From an uncultured Aliarcobacter sp. (GTDB lineage: Bacteria; Campylobacterota; Campylobacteria; Campylobacterales; Arcobacteraceae): a DNA stretch of 64,000 nucleotides. Shown in pieces: positions 60,661 to 64,000 of this stretch. The stretch covers positions 1,248,001-1,312,000 of the forward strand of contig OY781945.1 of NCBI GenBank assembly GCA_963677435.1. The letters run 5' to 3'. Below the pieces are notes generated by a model that saw only the letters and a list, made by a program, of their open reading frames with translations, had not been told where the DNA came from and did not search any database. Every line of letters starts with the position of its first letter. The stretch's first letter is position 1. Both the position numbers and the translations under genes were made by a program.

Positions 60661-62034
60661 ATTTTAATCGAAAATTTTTCAAACTTAAATCTTCCAAAAG
60701 ATTTTTTAACAAACTTAGACTCGCTAGGTTATACAAAACTAACTGCAATCCAACAAAAAAGTTTACCTTTAAGTTTAAATAATAGTGATTTAATAGCTCA
60801 GGCAAAAACAGGTTCAGGAAAAACTGTAGCTTTCTGTATTCCAATACTAAATAAATTAAATATCAAAAATTTTAGAATACAATCTTTAATAATAGCTCCA
60901 ACAAGAGAATTAGCAAATCAAATAGCACAAGAGTTAAGAAAATTATCTCGACATATGCATAATCTAAAAGTTCTTACACTTTGTGGAGGGACTCCATATA
61001 AACCTCAAGTTTTATCTTTAAGTCATGAAGCCCACATAATTGTGGCAACTCCAGGAAGAGTTTTAAAACATATAGAAGAGAATAATATTAATCTTGAAAA
61101 TATAAATACTTTGGTTTTAGATGAAGCAGATAAAATGCTTGATATGGGATTTTACGATGATATTATGAAAATAATTGATACTTTACCAAAAGATAGACAA
61201 ACACTTCTTTTTTCAGCAACTTATGAAAAAAATATTGAAAAACTAGCTTCAAATGTATTAAAAAATCCAACTACAGTAAAAATAGAAAATGAAGAAAAAG
61301 TACATATTAAACAAAAATTCTATGAAGTTAATGAAGGAAGTAAAACTTCATTAATTCCAGCACTTATTTCATCAAACAAAGCAAAATCAATTTTGATTTT
61401 TTGTAACATGAAAATAAAATGTGAAGAGTTAGCTGATGATTTATATTCATTAGGTTTAGATGTGTTAACCCTTCATTCAGATTTAGAGCAAAAACAAAGA
61501 GATGAAACAATAATTTTATTTTCAAACAAATCTTATTCTATTTTAATAGCAACTGATGTAGCTTCACGAGGTTTACATATTGATGATGTTGATTTGGTTA
61601 TAAATTATGATTTATCTTTAGATGAAAAGATTCACACACATCGCATAGGAAGAACAGCAAGAGCTGGAAAAGGTGGGCTTGCAGTTTCATTATATACTTC
61701 AAATGATTTTGATAGGGTAGAACTTATTAAAGATACTTTTAGAGATATTGAAGATGAAAGTATTGATAAAATTGAAGATGATTTATCTTATAAAATTGAT
61801 TCAGGATTACGAACTATATTTATAAATGGTGGAAAAAAACAAAAATTAAGAGCAGGGGATATTTTAGGTGCATTAACTGCTGGAATTGGTTTAGATAAAA
61901 CTGATATTGGTAAAATTGATATTTTAGATTTTGCTTCATATGTTGCAATTAATAAAGAAAAAATAACTTTTGTCCTAGAAAAATTATCAAAAGAGAAAAT
62001 TAAAGGTAAATATTATAAAATCTACGAAAAGTGA
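60661..62034 (+). CDS. dbpA: DEAD-box RNA helicase DbpA, apparent ATT start
   Basis: Q motif, AKTGSGKT and PTRELA lie in frame upstream of the track start; DEAD, SAT, HRIGRTAR; C-terminal GGKKQKLRAGDILGALT RNA-binding domain. Confidence 0.88.
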   Translation: MLIENFSNLNLPKDFLTNLDSLGYTKLTAIQQKSLPLSLNNSDLIAQAKTGSGKTVAFCIPILNKLNIKNFRIQSLIIAPTRELANQIAQELRKLSRHMHNLKVLTLCGGTPYKPQVLSLSHEAHIIVATPGRVLKHIEENNINLENINTLVLDEADKMLDMGFYDDIMKIIDTLPKDRQTLLFSATYEKNIEKLASNVLKNPTTVKIENEEKVHIKQKFYEVNEGSKTSLIPALISSNKAKSILIFCNMKIKCEELADDLYSLGLDVLTLHSDLEQKQRDETIILFSNKSYSILIATDVASRGLHIDDVDLVINYDLSLDEKIHTHRIGRTARAGKGGLAVSLYTSNDFDRVELIKDTFRDIEDESIDKIEDDLSYKIDSGLRTIFINGGKKQKLRAGDILGALTAGIGLDKTDIGKIDILDFASYVAINKEKITFVLEKLSKEKIKGKYYKIYEK

Positions 62035-62054
62035 TAATATAAAGGATACTTTTA

Positions 62055-64000
62055 TTGTTTAAAAATACATTATTCCTGAAAATAATTTTAATATTTACAT
62101 TACCTGCATTAGGGATTTTGTATTTTAGTTCTGTTTTAGTTTATGAAAAAGTACAATCTTATAATGAAATAAATGGAATTAACAATAATCTAAACTATCT
62201 GGTTTATACAGAAAAACTTATTGATTCATTACAAAATGAGAGAGAATTAACTGTAATTAGTTTTTTAGAAAAAAATAAAGAAGTAAAACTTGATGAAGTT
62301 CGATTATTATGCAATAATAATTATAAAAAATTAGAAGCTTTTTTCAAAAAATTAAATTTAGATAATAGATTTGATCAATTAAATTCACAAGTAATAAAAT
62401 TAGAACAATTTAGAACAAGAGTTGATAAATCTGATATAACACTTGATGAAATTTTTGAAGAATATAATAATTTTAATAAAATACTATTGGACTCATTATT
62501 TTTATTAAAACCTATAAAGTTAGCCTATGATTTTAATAGTGAATTTAGAAATATTGTTTATTTTTTAAATTTTAAAGAGTCAACTTATATAGAAAAAACA
62601 ATGTTTATCTCATATTTTACAACTAATAATATGAATGATCGACTCTATAATATGCTTATGAAAAATTATTCATTACAAGAGATAAATAAAGATTTATTTT
62701 TAAATAATTCAAATCTAGATATTGTACAAAAATATAATTCTAAATTAGATGAAGAGTATTTTAATAAAATATTTATGCTAAGAAATAATTTTAAAAATAA
62801 AAATTTCTCACATTTTGAATTAAATCTTCAAGAGTGGAATAAATTATCTTTAGAAAATATTGAATCATTAACAAATATTTATAAAAATTTACTTACTTCT
62901 TTAGATAATCATGTAATAAATTTTGAAAATGATGCCCAAGTAGAAAAGCAAAAAAGTCTTATTTTCTTAGCAGTCTCTTTTTCAACTTTGATAAGTTTAT
63001 TATTTGTTTTAAGAAATATTATTTTTAATGAGCAAAAAAGTTTTTACAAAGTTCAAAAACATAAAGAGGTTTATGAGTTATTGAACAAAGCAAATAAATT
63101 TTTACTAAAAATAGATGATAGGAAAAAACTATTTACTAATATTTGTGAATTACTTTCTGAAAATAATAAAGTTCAATTCTGTTTTATTTATGATTTATAC
63201 TCTGATGATATAATTGCTCAGGATGGAGAATTAAAACAAAAAATATTAAGCCAAAGCCATTTTTATAATGATAAAAATAAAAATAATCTAATTTCTAAAA
63301 CAATGAAATGGGAAACAAATATTATTATTAATAATTTTAGAGAAAAAAATATTTCAGTATTTTATGAAAATGCAAAAGTTTTAAATATTAATTCTATGGC
63401 TTCTTTTCCAATTAAAAAATTCAATAAAGTAGTTGCAACTTTAGCAATTTATTTAAATCAAGTAGATTTTTTTGATCAAGAAGTAGAAATACTATTTGAT
63501 AAATTAGTAGGTGATATAACTCATTGTTTAGAAAAAATTGATTATGAAGAGAATAGATTAAAACAAGAAGATGAATTAAGATTATCTTCATATGCCTTTG
63601 AATCAAGTGAACCTATGATTATTACAAATGATATAGGAGAGATTGTAAAAGTTAATCAAGCATTTTGTAATGTTATGGGATATCCAAAAGAGTATATTAT
63701 TGGTAAAAATCCAAGAATATTTAAATCTGTTCATCAAGACAAAAGATTTGGTGATGCTTTATGGAATGAGTTAAGAGTTAAAGGTTATTGGAGTGGAGAG
63801 GTTTATAATAGAAAATCTACTAATGAAATTATACCTTTGCGAAGTACAATAACTGCTATAAAAGATAAAAATGGAAAAATCACACACTTTTTAGGACAAT
63901 ACATAGATATTGGAGAGCAAAAAGATAAAGAAAAAGTTCTTGAATATCAAGCAACCCATGACAATCTTACTGGACTTCCAAATAGATTATTGCTACTTGA
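62055..64000 (+). CDS. Membrane sensor-GAF-PAS-GGDEF signalling protein, runs off the window
   Basis: TTG after AAGGA; N-terminal TM, LQNERE (NIT-like), PAS (VNQAF...GKNPR...WSGE), ends in frame at ATHDNLTGLPNRLL. Confidence 0.75.
   Translation, partial: MFKNTLFLKIILIFTLPALGILYFSSVLVYEKVQSYNEINGINNNLNYLVYTEKLIDSLQNERELTVISFLEKNKEVKLDEVRLLCNNNYKKLEAFFKKLNLDNRFDQLNSQVIKLEQFRTRVDKSDITLDEIFEEYNNFNKILLDSLFLLKPIKLAYDFNSEFRNIVYFLNFKESTYIEKTMFISYFTTNNMNDRLYNMLMKNYSLQEINKDLFLNNSNLDIVQKYNSKLDEEYFNKIFMLRNNFKNKNFSHFELNLQEWNKLSLENIESLTNIYKNLLTSLDNHVINFENDAQVEKQKSLIFLAVSFSTLISLLFVLRNIIFNEQKSFYKVQKHKEVYELLNKANKFLLKIDDRKKLFTNICELLSENNKVQFCFIYDLYSDDIIAQDGELKQKILSQSHFYNDKNKNNLISKTMKWETNIIINNFREKNISVFYENAKVLNINSMASFPIKKFNKVVATLAIYLNQVDFFDQEVEILFDKLVGDITHCLEKIDYEENRLKQEDELRLSSYAFESSEPMIITNDIGEIVKVNQAFCNVMGYPKEYIIGKNPRIFKSVHQDKRFGDALWNELRVKGYWSGEVYNRKSTNEIIPLRSTITAIKDKNGKITHFLGQYIDIGEQKDKEKVLEYQATHDNLTGLPNRLLLL

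Overview
AT-rich window whose gene content (htpG, Cache-domain two-component system, TRAP transporters, ciaB-like gene at the left edge) suggests an Arcobacter-like Campylobacterota genome; this is inferred, not searched. About 0.4-44.2 kb is an aromatic (lignin-monomer) catabolic island: a complete protocatechuate 4,5-cleavage operon (galD/ligU-ligI-ligK-ligJ-ligA-ligB-ligC), funnel enzymes for 3-hydroxybenzoate (mobA), 4-hydroxybenzoate (pobA), vanillate (vanA, no vanB in the window) and hydroxycinnamates (acyl-CoA dehydrogenase, hydratase/lyase, aldehyde dehydrogenase, FerA-like ligase), an unexplained RdpA/TauD-like dioxygenase plus twin class II aldolase module, four paralogous TRAP binding proteins with one permease, a porin, a chemoreceptor and four regulators, with shared operator motifs. 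Inside the island (16.7-21.6 kb) lies an integron-type cassette array with three attC sites and no integrase. Its cassettes carry a GIY-YIG membrane protein, an RsiV-like protein and an HNH protein, followed by RhuM remnants and an AbiE-type toxin-antitoxin pair. The right third is backbone: htpG with a CIRCE element, a palindromic repeat element, a two-component system/TRAP/pxpABC 5-oxoprolinase locus, c-di-GMP genes, a frameshifted dedA, and dbpA with an apparent AUU start. Product calls come from motif recognition in the translations; no database searches were run.
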